Positions 39,049 through 50,632 of a DNA stretch of 64,000 nucleotides are shown here, in pieces (positions within the stretch are counted from its first letter, which is position 1; every line of letters begins with the position of its first letter). The notes under the pieces are model-generated. The model did not search any database, was not told the DNA's origin, and saw nothing but the letters and a program-made list of their open reading frames with translations. The DNA lies in the IMG/VR virus record IMGVR_UViG_3300030019_000026, one strand, 5' to 3'. The position numbers and the translations under genes were made by a program. This stretch comes from a virus.

Positions 39049-41513
39049 ATGTCCATCACAGTTATAAACAAAAGTAACTTAACTCAAAAGAAATTAGAGG
39101 GTTATTTAAAATACAGTCAAATAATAAACTGGGGACGTCGAACGAAATCCTGTTAAATTTGCGGAGTACGCATTTGGGTTAGAACTAATGGATTATCAAA
39201 AATATGTATTTCAAATGTCTTGGGAAAAACAATTTGCATTATGGTTAATGGGGAGAAATTCTGGAAAGTCTACTTTATCATCTCCATTTATTATGACAAA
39301 AATGATGCTATTCCCAAATTTTCAAAGTTATATTCTTTCATTAACCGCATCTCAAAGTCAGGATACTTTTTTAAAATTAGAAGCTATTGCAAAACAACAG
39401 ATTGAGTCATTCTGTGGATTAACAGATATATTTTTAGGAGAAGTATCAGCTAGTGCAAATCATGATGGATTTGTACACTCTCCACAGGGATTCCGTTGTA
39501 AATTGTATAATAATAGTCAAGTGACAACCGTATCAGGAGAAGAAGATAATATTAGAGGTAAGAGATTAAGTTTGGTCTCCTATGTAAGTAATTACATAGA
39601 TAAAAGCTTTAAATTGCTGGAACACCCTTAGAGACTTATAAACTACAACGTAACTAGAAATGGTATGCGTGAATGTTTGAAAATTATAAGTATTGGGCAA
39701 TCAGCATCGAAACTCCTTAAATGGAGGACGTTCAACGACTATAATAAGCTATCCTAAATAGGATAAAGGTATAGTCTACTCCGACTCTTAATTGAGTGTT
39801 AAAGTATTAGGAAACTAACGGTATATATGCAAATTTAAACCTCTATGATGAAAGTGGATTCATAAGTGAAAATTATATTTCTACTACAAAAGCATTTACA
39901 ACACAAAATTCAAGTTTCAAAATTTCCAAAGGGTTTGATGCTTCATTATTTCCAGATAATATACCTAATCAGTTATTGTTTTGTTCTTCTGCTAGTAGTA
40001 CGGATTCTGCTTTTTATACATTATATAAAGACTGGGCTAAGTTAATGTTTGCAGGAAGTAAAGAACATTTTGTTGCTGATTTGAACTGTGAAGTTGTTAT
40101 TGGTGCAACAATGAATGGAAAGAAAATGTCTGTACCATTATTGTCACGTTCAAAAGTTGATGATGATTTAAGATCGAATGCTGAAAAAGGAAATCGAGAA
40201 TATTTTAACCGTTTTGATAGTGATGGAGGAAATCAACAGAAAATCAAACGGGCAGTAATTATGAAAAATTCAAAAGTAAGAAAACCTTTGTTAATAAATG
40301 AAGGAGATATAAACAGACATATCGTACTAGCATATGACCCTAGACTTGTGGGGCTATAAGTAGTAATACTTGTAGATAAAAACTCTGTTAAAAGGGCGAA
40401 GTTTAATATAAAGAATAAACTGATAAGAAATTCTAAGTCCATATTATGGATAGTGATAACCCCTTGCTAAATTCTATGAAAACATAGATAAAAGCCTAAC
40501 GACTATCGAAAGGATAGCTATTAACTTAATAATAGTGAATAACCAAGTAGAGTACACTTAAATGTGGAAAAGCAGAGTATCTAAATATAGTTATTTAGAT
40601 AATGATATAGTCTAAACCCCTTAATAAAATATCGGGAAACCGAGGGTATTAATAATTGGCACATGATTACGATAATTCGGCAGTCTCAGCCGGAGAATAT
40701 GTCTATGATGAACAGGTAGGTTGGAAATTAATAATTCAGAATTGTGTTACTTTAGTAGATTTAGGGAAAAAGAAAAAAACTCCTATGAGAACACCAGAAC
40801 AGATAAAAGAAATAAAACAAATGTTATTAAATTATAATGGAAAAGGATTTGCAGATTATGAAAATATAGATGGATTAATGATAGATGCTGGTTCTGGTGG
40901 AGGTGGAGCACTTATAAGTGATTATTTTATGGAGGATTGGAAAGATGAACAAGGAATACAACATAGGGGATTAATTGATAAAGAAGTTTGTGCTGAACAT
41001 GTTAATCAGTATCCCAATGCTGTTGATAAATTAAAATTAATATCACCTAAAAAGTACAGAACAGAAATGTATGATGATTTTATAGAATTATTAAATTTAG
41101 GATTAATTGAATTCACAGATACTTATGATATGAAAGGGTATTTAAACTTACCACAAGAAGGAAAAGAAATAGAAGAAATCGACGAAGAAACTGGTGAAAA
41201 GAAAAAGGTTAAATCTATTGATTTCAAGGAATACAACCTTTCTTGGGATGAAGAATTAGCATTAAAGCAAATAGATATTGCAAAAGAAGAGCTAATTGCA
41301 ACTAGAAGGTTAGGAGATAATATAAATTATAAGTATGACTTATCACCTGATAAAAAAAGTAAAATGCATGATGATAGAGCTTATACTTTTGTAATGTTAG
41401 CATGGCATTTGAAAAATTTAAGAAGAGATGGAATAGTTAATAAAAAGGTAGAACAAACAGATTGGTCAACAGCCCCAACATTTGTATCCTCGATAAACTT
41501 TGACCGAATATGA
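39049..41513 (+). CDS. terL: Terminase large subunit; exons 39049-39566, 39830-40341 and 40659-41513; exon 1 carries a 4-bp frameshifting duplication
   Basis: Walker A MGRNSGKS; splicing restores RGKR|SNLNLYDESG (Walker B) and LAYDP|AHDYDNS (RuvC-like). Removing CGAA gives a 626-aa product. Confidence 0.88.
39567..39829 (+). ncRNA. ORF-less group I intron 1 in terL (263 nt)
   Basis: Exon ends in U; P1 GAGAU/GUCUC with U-G pair; P10; AAATTGCTGGAA, AATCAGCA, GTTCAACGACTA and AGGTATAGTCT cores; terminal G. Confidence 0.92.
40342..40658 (+). ncRNA. ORF-less group I intron 2 in terL (317 nt)
   Basis: CCTAACGACTA (R) and GATATAGTCT (S) cores; AACTCTG/CAGAGT P3; U at the 5' splice site and terminal G; removal restores the frame. 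Confidence 0.88.
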
Positions 41514-41557
41514 ACAAATTAAAAAAATCAAAATAAAGCAAGAAAGGAGGAATCCAC

Positions 41558-43285
41558 TTGACAAAAAAACAATCCACAGAAACTCCCCTCCCACAACCAC
41601 AAAAAATTGATTTAACAATACCTATATTAGCAGAAGGAGAAGCTAAACAAGTATCTAATATTGGTGGAAATTATATCTTGTCAGATATAGAAACATCTAC
41701 TAGTAAAGATTATTTTGATGCTAATTATATACAACAAGCTACATATGATGCACAAAGATTAAGTCATATATATAGTACTGTATTAGATAAAAATACATCA
41801 TCTTATGTTACAACTATGGATGAATTATCTTCATTAGCACAGAATACTCAAACTAGTATAGATAAAATAAAAAAAATAAATGGGATAGTTAAATATTACA
41901 TAAATAAAGAAGATTTAATTGGTAGAGTAGTTGAGACTATAGAAAATAATATAAATACGAATTATAAAATTGATTATCCATCTCCTAACGGTAAAAAAGG
42001 AACTAAACTTAAAAAAGAACAAAAGATGGAAGATGAATTAAAAGTAGTAATAGAAAAATTCAATAAGCAAATAAATATACCTAAATTAATAGCTGATAAT
42101 GCAGTCATTACATATACAGAAGGTAATTTTATATTCTATTTAATGGGGGATAGTGAGAATGGATATTCTATAGTAAATTATCCTATGGATATTACTGAAA
42201 TCACACCTATGAAAATAGATGATGATAATGTTGTATCTTTTAATGTAACTGAATTATCTGTAAGATTACAAGAAAGTAGAACTAAATACGGTAGATTAAA
42301 AACTAATAAACTTATTGATATTGAGAAAACAATAGAAGATGAAGTTAAAAGAAGTTATCCTACTGAAATATATGATGCATATAAAGGAAAAGACCAATAC
42401 GCCTTATTAAATCCACAGAAAGTAGGATTGAATAGAATAAATTACTTAAAGGGATTATACGGATTAACACCTATTTTTAAAGCATTGTGTCCTCAATTAA
42501 TGTTGGAAACAGTTGATAAAAGTGATCAAAAAGTATTAATACAAAAGACTAAAAAGATTTATTTACAATTAACTGAAAAAGAATTAATGGAAAAACCAAA
42601 TGCTATTAATATGATAGGTCATGCACATGTGAGCTTACTTGAAGCCATGTCTAAAGATACTATTATATATACTGCTGATCCACAAGTTCAGGATTTGAAA
42701 TTAATAGAACCTAAAACAGAATTAACAGATGAAAAAACTAAATCAGGCTATAAATTGAGAATACTTGAAGCATTGGGTATATCATTTATTAGTTCAGAAG
42801 GTTCTAAATCTATAACCACTACTAAAATAAATTATGATGAGTTATTAAAAATGGTCAATAGAATGACTAAGAATTTAGAGCCAATACTCAATAAATATTA
42901 TCAATTAATATGTGAAGAAAATGGATTTCCTATAGAATACGCACCGACTATTACAATACAATCTACAAAATTATTAGACTTAGATAATATTTTGAAAGTT
43001 GCAGATATTATGTTTTCAAAAATTGGTTTGAGTTATTCTACTGTATTAAATACATTAGGATTAGATTATGAAGTAGAAAAAAAAAATAGAATAAAAGAAA
43101 ATGATGAAGGTGCAGATACAGAAGTATTTATCCCACATGCAAATTCATATACTTCAAATTCCAACGATTTAATAAATGATAGTAAAAACACCGATTCAAC
43201 TACTAATAAGAACAATAGTAAAAAAAATGAAAATGTAGATAAGCAAGAATCAGACCAATCACGTAAAGAAGCACTAAAGGTATAA
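41558..43285 (+). CDS. Portal protein (YonE-like)
   Basis: 575 aa directly after terL; YGLTPIFKAL; TTG start with AGGAGG SD. Confidence 0.75.
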   Translation: MTKKQSTETPLPQPQKIDLTIPILAEGEAKQVSNIGGNYILSDIETSTSKDYFDANYIQQATYDAQRLSHIYSTVLDKNTSSYVTTMDELSSLAQNTQTSIDKIKKINGIVKYYINKEDLIGRVVETIENNINTNYKIDYPSPNGKKGTKLKKEQKMEDELKVVIEKFNKQINIPKLIADNAVITYTEGNFIFYLMGDSENGYSIVNYPMDITEITPMKIDDDNVVSFNVTELSVRLQESRTKYGRLKTNKLIDIEKTIEDEVKRSYPTEIYDAYKGKDQYALLNPQKVGLNRINYLKGLYGLTPIFKALCPQLMLETVDKSDQKVLIQKTKKIYLQLTEKELMEKPNAINMIGHAHVSLLEAMSKDTIIYTADPQVQDLKLIEPKTELTDEKTKSGYKLRILEALGISFISSEGSKSITTTKINYDELLKMVNRMTKNLEPILNKYYQLICEENGFPIEYAPTITIQSTKLLDLDNILKVADIMFSKIGLSYSTVLNTLGLDYEVEKKNRIKENDEGADTEVFIPHANSYTSNSNDLINDSKNTDSTTNKNNSKKNENVDKQESDQSRKEALKV

Positions 43286-43308
43286 TTTGAAAGGTGGTGA
43301 TATAGAAA

Positions 43309-44901
43309 ATGAGTAATGAAAATTTATTTAAAATAAATGGTACTTTAATTTCAGTTGCAGAACAAGAATCTGACCCTTCTAGAAAGGTAGCTAAGTTCTT
43401 ATTGTGTCCTTTGGATGAAGCAAATGTGAATGGAAAAGGAATAAAAGAGTCTGATTTGAGTGAAGAAGAAATGAATACATTAATGGGACAACCATTAGTT
43501 ACAAAAGTAATCTTTGATGAAAAAACAAAAGAATATAATTTCTCAGGACATTTAATGACAAAGAAATGGAAGTATGATAAAGATGGTAACTTAGTAAAAT
43601 TTAGTGATTTTACATCTACAAGTCCAATTGGATATCATACTTCAGTTTCCATAGAAGACATTGAATTTGGAGATATAACAAAAAGATGTTTGGTTGCAGA
43701 AGTTATATTATGGACTCGTTATTATAGGGCAATGGAGGTCATAGAACGACTAGGAACAGAATTGCATACTAGTTGGGAATTATCTTATAGTGAAACATAT
43801 AAAGAAGATGGAACAGATTGGTTAAAAGGAATACTATTTTTAGCTAACTGTGTTTTAGGTTCTAATGTGAATCCTGCATATAAAAATGCTGGATTATTGG
43901 AATGTGCTGAAGAAGTATTAATAGAAGAACAGGAAAATGAGTTCACAGAAGCATTTATAAATGACCTAAATGAAATAAGTCAATCAGAGAGACAAGAAAA
44001 CATAGAAATAAGCATTCAGTCTGATGAAAATTCAGTTGAAAATAAATTAAATCAAAACATAGAAGAAAAAGGAGGAATTGTCGATATGGCAGAAAATAAA
44101 AACAAAACAGAAGTGTCATCTGTAACTTCAAATGACCTATATAGCAAATTAAGAGTTGCTATCAATTCTATAGATTCTAATAGATGGATTTGTATATCAA
44201 GAGTATATCCATATGAATTTAGAGCAATAGGATATGATTGGAATGCTGAATGTGAGGACGATTATATAGAATTCTCTTATACAGTAGATTCAAATGAGGT
44301 AGTTTCAATTGTGAGCGAGACACCAACAAAAATGGTATTTGTTCCAAAAACACAAAATGATGAAATACTTGCAGAACTACAGTCTCAATTAGACAATGCA
44401 AATACGTCTTTATCAGATAAGGAAACAGAACTTTCAGCCAAAGTTGATGAGATAGTAAAATTAGGAGAATCATTGAACTCGCAAAAAGATATTATTTCAG
44501 AAAAAGAAGCTATAATTTCAGAATTAGAACCATTAAAATTACAAATGGAACAAGCTGAAGCAGAAAAGAAAGAAGCTGAAATTGCAGAACAAAAAGAAAA
44601 CCTAAAGAAAATGGCTTTATCAAGCAAATATTTTACTGAAGAAGAAATTGAAACTTGTGAAGCACTTAAAGAAGCAATAGAAAAACTTGACGATAAACAA
44701 ATTAAATGCTTAATAGCCGAAAGAGTTGTTGAACAAGCTTCAAAGATAGAAACACCTATAAAAGAGGTAGAAATAAGCGAATTTGAAAAGAAAACTATTT
44801 CTGAGATAGAGATGTCAACAGATATTAATACAAACAACTATGAATACAAAGACGCTAGTTCTGCATTATTAAATTATGCCAGAAGAAACATTAAAAGATA
44901 A
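43309..44901 (+). CDS. Prohead protease / scaffold fusion (YonD-like)
   Basis: N-terminal protease-like region (PIG.H, TSWEL, LANCVLG..VNPAY) and acidic coiled-coil C-terminus. Confidence 0.65.
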   Translation: MSNENLFKINGTLISVAEQESDPSRKVAKFLLCPLDEANVNGKGIKESDLSEEEMNTLMGQPLVTKVIFDEKTKEYNFSGHLMTKKWKYDKDGNLVKFSDFTSTSPIGYHTSVSIEDIEFGDITKRCLVAEVILWTRYYRAMEVIERLGTELHTSWELSYSETYKEDGTDWLKGILFLANCVLGSNVNPAYKNAGLLECAEEVLIEEQENEFTEAFINDLNEISQSERQENIEISIQSDENSVENKLNQNIEEKGGIVDMAENKNKTEVSSVTSNDLYSKLRVAINSIDSNRWICISRVYPYEFRAIGYDWNAECEDDYIEFSYTVDSNEVVSIVSETPTKMVFVPKTQNDEILAELQSQLDNANTSLSDKETELSAKVDEIVKLGESLNSQKDIISEKEAIISELEPLKLQMEQAEAEKKEAEIAEQKENLKKMALSSKYFTEEEIETCEALKEAIEKLDDKQIKCLIAERVVEQASKIETPIKEVEISEFEKKTISEIEMSTDINTNNYEYKDASSALLNYARRNIKR

Positions 44902-44959
44902 TTAATAAATATTAATTATATAATAAATTAAAATAATAAAAGAAAGAAGGAATATTAAT

Positions 44960-45421
44960 ATGTATAGAAGATTACAAGTAAACGCAGGTAAAGTATTTAA
45001 TGCTCAAAACACAGTAAAGGTTGATATGAAAAGGGGGACTTTTGTAAACGAGAGTTACGATTCCGCTAACAAAATTACTACATTAATAAAAGCAGTTGCA
45101 GATGCAAATGTTTTAGGAATTTTAACAAGAGATGTAGTTGTTGATGTTGATGTAGCAATGGGTGTTCCAGTTTCAAATTATGCTACAACTCAAGACCTTA
45201 TCAAAGCTGGTGAATTTGCTGGTGTTGAAACAATTCAAAAAGGGGAAAGATATGCTACAGAAATTTTTGCTTCTGCTTTAGTTGATGCCGATGTAGTTGA
45301 AGGTTCTCTATTAACTGTAGTAAATGGAGAATTAGCAAAAGGAACAACTGGTTCTGCTTTTTATAGCCTTGGTTGGGTTTATGACGCAGGACACAAATTA
45401 TTAGGATTCAGATTAGTTTAA
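44960..45421 (+). CDS. Head decoration / minor capsid protein (YonC-like)
   Basis: 153 aa between scaffold and capsid genes. Confidence 0.5.
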   Translation: MYRRLQVNAGKVFNAQNTVKVDMKRGTFVNESYDSANKITTLIKAVADANVLGILTRDVVVDVDVAMGVPVSNYATTQDLIKAGEFAGVETIQKGERYATEIFASALVDADVVEGSLLTVVNGELAKGTTGSAFYSLGWVYDAGHKLLGFRLV

Positions 45422-45457
45422 TAAATTAAAATAATAAAAGAAAGAAGGAATAAAAAA

Positions 45458-46495
45458 ATGAACAGAAATATAGAATTAAGCGAACAAGAAATAGAAAGAA
45501 AATATAAAAGTGGTGAAGCATATCAATGGGCTAAAAATGTATATGCTAAAAATGTATTACATGAAAAAGATATAGTATTATCAGAAGACGAAGAAGCATT
45601 TTCTCAAGTAATCAACAACACTGTTAATGATGCTTGGAAATATGGAAACACACAAGCTAGAGAGATGATATCTCAAGTAATTGTAGATATCATTGAACCA
45701 GTTGTATTTGGCGTACCAAATGAAGTATTAACTCAATTCTTAACAGATAAGGGTTCTTATGGCGAATTTGATATGGTTAGAATCAGAAAATCACCAAAGA
45801 ACACATTAGTTGCTAGACAAGTTGCTAACAGAACAGGTAACGTAGACAAATCTTATTTAGATATTGCAGAAGGTAATACAATGGAAACAGTTTTACAAAT
45901 TGAAACTGAAATCCCAATGTCTAATTTAAGAAGAGATGGTGCTACCGGAGTTGCTACTTTAGCTATGTATGCTATTGAAGAATTCGATAGACAAAAATTC
46001 AAATCAATACTATCTTATGTTGATAAGTTAATAGTTGGTGGAAGTCAAGTATTTGGTGTTACTGGAACTTGGACGGCAGGTGCTTCTCAAAGTTTAACTG
46101 ATTATACATATGATAATGCAGTTTCAGGAAAAGAACCATTAATTGTTGGACTTTCTAACAGAATAAGAGAAATGTGTAGAGCCGTTGGTTCTGATTTTTA
46201 CTCTGAAACAATGAAAGGAACATTAAATGACTTATCAATGTTACAAACATTAGGTGGTTGTAGATTAGTTCCAGTTTTAAAAGGAAAGAAAACAGGAGAT
46301 GACAAGACACTGTTACCAGAAGATAGAGTATTCGGTTTCTCTGGAACAATTGGAGAAATGTACACTAAAGGACAAATGATTACTAGAACAACTGAAGAAA
46401 ACAATGGAGAAAAGATTTCATTCAAATTCTCTGGTGTTGAATTTGGTATCTGTGTAACTGATACTCAATATGTTTCTAAAATAACTATTTCTTAG
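45458..46495 (+). CDS. Major capsid protein (YonB-like)
   Basis: 345 aa; position; high-expression codon usage; strong terminator after the stop. Confidence 0.75.
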   Translation: MNRNIELSEQEIERKYKSGEAYQWAKNVYAKNVLHEKDIVLSEDEEAFSQVINNTVNDAWKYGNTQAREMISQVIVDIIEPVVFGVPNEVLTQFLTDKGSYGEFDMVRIRKSPKNTLVARQVANRTGNVDKSYLDIAEGNTMETVLQIETEIPMSNLRRDGATGVATLAMYAIEEFDRQKFKSILSYVDKLIVGGSQVFGVTGTWTAGASQSLTDYTYDNAVSGKEPLIVGLSNRIREMCRAVGSDFYSETMKGTLNDLSMLQTLGGCRLVPVLKGKKTGDDKTLLPEDRVFGFSGTIGEMYTKGQMITRTTEENNGEKISFKFSGVEFGICVTDTQYVSKITIS

Positions 46496-46505
46496 TTATA
46501 ACATT

Positions 46506-46533
46506 AGGGCATGTATTAATTTACATGCCCTTC
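46506..46533 (+). terminator. Hairpin / terminator after the capsid gene
   Basis: AGGGCATGTA / TACATGCCCT perfect 10-bp stem. Confidence 0.7.
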
Positions 46534-46574
46534 TAAATAAAATAAATAAATTAAAATTCAAGGAGAGATAAAAT

Positions 46575-47195
46575 ATGGAAATGATAAAAGATACTGATTA
46601 TGTTGAAGTATACCACGATTATGATTATAAAACATACATAGCAAGTGAAAACCCATTAGATGCAGGATATGAATTGCCACCTAAGATTGATGGTGAACCT
46701 TATTATGTATCTGTATTATGGAAAGATATTATGAAAGCTAATATGAAATCAGACAATTTTAAAAATCAAGCTATTAGATTTTCACCAAGTATTGAAGAAC
46801 AAGTCTATAAACAATTAAGAATAGACGTTAATAAAGACAAGAACTCTTATTCAAGAGATGAAATAGAAAGAATGATATTACAACCAAACGATACAATTTT
46901 AAAGAAAATAACACAAATAGATAAATTAGCAACAATTGATGCTTTCTTATCTCTATTAGTATATTTGAAAAATACTAATAAATATCTTATTGCTGAAAAA
47001 GTAGAACTATATATAAGAGCAAGAAAAGAAGAAATAGAAGAAGGTATAAGAAAGTCAGAATTAGAAGTTGACGAAACTGAAAATATTGAATTAGCAGTAG
47101 TTCCAGAAAGCGAAAATGTTGAATTAGTAGAAGCGTCTAATGAAGAAGTAAAGGAAGCTAAAATAGCTAAAAAGACTACTACACCTAAAAAATAA
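46575..47195 (+). CDS. Virion-module hypothetical protein (YonA-like position)
   Basis: 206 aa with AAGGAG SD. Confidence 0.55.
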   Translation: MEMIKDTDYVEVYHDYDYKTYIASENPLDAGYELPPKIDGEPYYVSVLWKDIMKANMKSDNFKNQAIRFSPSIEEQVYKQLRIDVNKDKNSYSRDEIERMILQPNDTILKKITQIDKLATIDAFLSLLVYLKNTNKYLIAEKVELYIRARKEEIEEGIRKSELEVDETENIELAVVPESENVELVEASNEEVKEAKIAKKTTTPKK

Positions 47196-47239
47196 TAAGG
47201 GAGATATATAAATCTTCCTTTAATAAATTATAGAAAGGA

Positions 47240-47719
47240 ATGATTATCTTGACCCCTTATTCAAAAGTAATAGATAGATTTGAACGTAAAATAAAAGAAT
47301 ATAAAGAATTTTTTTGTTATGAAAATGTTACTGACGAACAATTTATAGAGATTACAAATAGAAGAGAAATGGGATTATTAGAAGATGCAATAAGTGAATT
47401 ACAGTTGGTTGTATCTATTTCTCAGAATGTAAATTTTTTAGACAAAGATGATAATTTAGAAGCATTTAATTTTGATTTAGTACCAATCGAAGAAGATTTA
47501 ATTAGTGATTATATGGTTGTAAAGATGTTCGATGAAGGAATAGTAAGACTAAAACAATATCAGAAATATTTTGGTGATGATATAAAAATGCCCAATTCTA
47601 ATACAGAAAGGACTACTTATTTAAAAGTTGCTGAATATAGACAAGCACAAATTGATAAAAAAGTTGCTAGTTATAACAGTAAGGACAGAAAAACTGGTAG
47701 TCATTTAATGGCATATTGA
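47240..47719 (+). CDS. Putative head-tail adaptor
   Basis: 159 aa, helical; position after the capsid genes. Confidence 0.45.
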   Translation: MIILTPYSKVIDRFERKIKEYKEFFCYENVTDEQFIEITNRREMGLLEDAISELQLVVSISQNVNFLDKDDNLEAFNFDLVPIEEDLISDYMVVKMFDEGIVRLKQYQKYFGDDIKMPNSNTERTTYLKVAEYRQAQIDKKVASYNSKDRKTGSHLMAY

Positions 47720-47720
47720 T

Positions 47721-49016
47721 ATGAAGAAAGAAGATTTACAATATTATAGAATAATAAATAAAATTTCTGAAAATCAATCTTGTAAAGAATCATATATTTC
47801 TGAAATGTCTCAAGACTACAACAAGGCAAGAGAAAATGCTATATATAGATTTGATGTATTAATAAATTCAATTGATGCAAAAGATGTATTTATAAATGAA
47901 TTAGAAACTTCAATCAAAGGAGTTATCGACATCTCAAGGAAACAAACTGCTGATACTGAAATGGAAGAAAGATTGCAAGTATATCCTAATCTAATTAAGC
48001 GAGGCGATTATGTTAAGTTCAAAGTCAATGATACTGATACTCTTAGAACATATCTTATTAAATCTAAAATAGATAAGAAAAATGGATATGATGAAGGAAT
48101 ATTTGAGGAATGTAATTATAATGTGAAGTTTATTTCAAGTAATGAATTAAATAAAATTATGGCAATTGTATCTAATAATACAAAATATACATTAGGGATT
48201 AAATCTTTAGTTTCAGGTATTATTGAAGCAAATGGAATGTTTGGATTAATAATGTCAGATAATTCAATATCACAAAAAATAAGTTTAGGACAAAGATTTA
48301 TAATTAACAAACAGGCTTGGAAGGCGACTCAAACGGACAGAGTGACGGTACCGGGAATATTAATAGTTTTATTAGGTGAGTCTAATATTAATGTAGAGAC
48401 AGATGATGTAGTAAATGAAATAGCAGATGCTCTTACGCATAATTATACAATTGCATTAAATTCAACATCACAATCAATAGTTGAAAACGGCACATATGAA
48501 ATCAATCCAATAGTTAAAGATAATGGAAAAGAAGTAGATAATTCTAATGTTACATATTTATCAAGTAATCCTGAAATAGCTACAATTGACTCAAAAGGTT
48601 TAGTTACTGCTTTAAAAACAGGAACTTGTATTATAACTTGTAGTATTGGAACTGAAAAAATTGATTTATCGTTAAGTGTAATTGCTAAGACAACAATACC
48701 TGTAATAAATTATACAACAAGTTGGACAAATAATAATGGAAGTTTATTAAAGTTAATGAGTTCTACAACTACCTCAATAGTTAAGACAGTTGATGGTATA
48801 GCTGATAATTCTTTAGTTGTTAATTACAATTTTGATTCAATAGGGCAAAGTTTAATATCACAAAAGAAATTAACTATAACAAAAGTTTCAGATACAAGTT
48901 TTACAATTAAGAATACTAATACCAGTGTTGTTACAAATATTAGTATAGATTTAATTGATTCTAGTAATGGAACTATCATTGAGACTAAAAATATTCAATT
49001 AAAAGGAGTGAGTTAA
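47721..49016 (+). CDS. Head-closure-like protein with Ig-like (Big_2) domain
   Basis: VTYLSSNPEIATIDSKGLVTALKTGTCIITCS Big_2 signature. Confidence 0.65.
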   Translation: MKKEDLQYYRIINKISENQSCKESYISEMSQDYNKARENAIYRFDVLINSIDAKDVFINELETSIKGVIDISRKQTADTEMEERLQVYPNLIKRGDYVKFKVNDTDTLRTYLIKSKIDKKNGYDEGIFEECNYNVKFISSNELNKIMAIVSNNTKYTLGIKSLVSGIIEANGMFGLIMSDNSISQKISLGQRFIINKQAWKATQTDRVTVPGILIVLLGESNINVETDDVVNEIADALTHNYTIALNSTSQSIVENGTYEINPIVKDNGKEVDNSNVTYLSSNPEIATIDSKGLVTALKTGTCIITCSIGTEKIDLSLSVIAKTTIPVINYTTSWTNNNGSLLKLMSSTTTSIVKTVDGIADNSLVVNYNFDSIGQSLISQKKLTITKVSDTSFTIKNTNTSVVTNISIDLIDSSNGTIIETKNIQLKGVS

Positions 49017-49124
49017 AGTATGAAAATAAATATTTTAATAACTCCTAATAAATTAAAAGCCAATAAAAACGTAATTTTAAATGGACAAGTAATTAATTTA
49101 ATTAAGTAAAGGAGGGTAATAAGT

Positions 49125-49697
49125 ATGACATTAGATGATTTAGAAACAATTAACAATTTTCAAGTATTTGAAGATTTCATTCGTGAATTTATAATTTTAG
49201 ATACTGACTTATTTAAAATGATTTATTATCCTCAAAAAAATCCGTTAATTCAAGCAGATGAGGAAAATCCTTATAAAATATTTGAAGAAAGTGAAAGTAA
49301 TGAGCATGGGGTAGTCTTATTTGGTGCGAAAAATAATGAAATTTTGAATACTTCTAATATTGTTATTTTGATAGATTTTGAACAAACTCCTAAAGGAAAT
49401 TTACAAGAATATAATACAGTATATATTATAATTCGTACAATTCTAAAAGGAGATGTGCAAAAATTAGGTAATGGATTAGATAGAGCATTTATAATTGATA
49501 AACTTATCGAAAATCAATTAGATAGGTCTACTTTGACAGGATTGGGTGAAATAAAAAAGACAAGTTTTAAACCACTTCCATTGAATGAGCAGAATCAAGG
49601 TTATATAGCTATGTATAAGGCAACATCATTTGCTTATGATTTTTTGAACAATAAGAATATACAAAAGAAATATTTTGGTGGTGAATATAATGAATAG
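49125..49697 (+). CDS. Putative tail completion / terminator protein
   Basis: 190 aa; position before the tail tube gene. Confidence 0.45.
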   Translation: MTLDDLETINNFQVFEDFIREFIILDTDLFKMIYYPQKNPLIQADEENPYKIFEESESNEHGVVLFGAKNNEILNTSNIVILIDFEQTPKGNLQEYNTVYIIIRTILKGDVQKLGNGLDRAFIIDKLIENQLDRSTLTGLGEIKKTSFKPLPLNEQNQGYIAMYKATSFAYDFLNNKNIQKKYFGGEYNE

Positions 49698-50562
49698 CGA
49701 TTACTTAAAATTTCAGTTGAATAGGGGACTGGATATTATATTTAAAGATAAGAACCATCAACAAATTAAAGTTAAACAATCTAGAATTTCTGATATTGAT
49801 GAAATAGGATTGCTAACTTATTTAACTTTAACTTATATCTTTAGAATTCAAAAAGAACAGTTGAAATTATATGAAGATATTCAAGATCAATTGAAAAGCA
49901 AATCACTATTTGAATCTATTGTAATACATGAAAATATATTAAATAGCAAAAAAGATTTTAACATTTCGGAATCAATGGTTATGTTACTAATACAATCATT
50001 GGCTTTCTTTTTAGATATTAAAGATTTTAATAGGATTGGAGTTTCTAATAATGTAGACGCTATAATTGTTTATGATTTTAAAGAACTTGAAGGACAAGTA
50101 TATAAAGTTCCTATATTTGAATTAAATAATGATAACTTTGAAGAATTTAGTGAATTAATAAGAACGATAACTTGTACAGATGTAATTCAAGAAGAAAAAG
50201 AAGAAATGGATATGTTAGAACATTATGACGATGAAGAACTACAGAGACTTCTAGAAGAACAATATAGAATATACAAAGAAGATAAGAAAAAGGAAGAAAA
50301 TGAAAATAAAATAACTATTGATGAAGTTATAGCTTCAGTTTGTATGAGTGAGAATAGTAAATATAATTTTACTAATATTTCAGATTTAACAATTTGGCAA
50401 CTTAACTTCTATTTTAATTTCTTGTTAGAAAAAGAAAATATTGAGATAGTTAAATCTCAATTTACTTCTGGAAATTATAACTTTGAAAAAGCTCCAGACT
50501 TAAATTGGATTAAGAAAACTAAAATTAAATTAACAAAATGTAAAAAATTATTAAATGAATAA
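49675..50562 (+). CDS. Tail-module hypothetical protein
   Basis: 295 aa overlapping the previous gene; terminator at 50566-50597. Confidence 0.5.
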   Translation: MVVNIMNSDYLKFQLNRGLDIIFKDKNHQQIKVKQSRISDIDEIGLLTYLTLTYIFRIQKEQLKLYEDIQDQLKSKSLFESIVIHENILNSKKDFNISESMVMLLIQSLAFFLDIKDFNRIGVSNNVDAIIVYDFKELEGQVYKVPIFELNNDNFEEFSELIRTITCTDVIQEEKEEMDMLEHYDDEELQRLLEEQYRIYKEDKKKEENENKITIDEVIASVCMSENSKYNFTNISDLTIWQLNFYFNFLLEKENIEIVKSQFTSGNYNFEKAPDLNWIKKTKIKLTKCKKLLNE

Positions 50563-50632
50563 ATTAAGTTCCTATAATTTCCATAGGAACTTTTTTATTA
50601 TATAAAAATGTAAAATTTAAGGAGGAATATTA

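Noticed and set aside
39188-41513. Three separate genes, or inteins, in the terminase region
   Set aside because: Group I core motifs, U/G splice boundaries and restored Walker B and RuvC motifs show one intron-split gene. No intein C/S...HN signatures.
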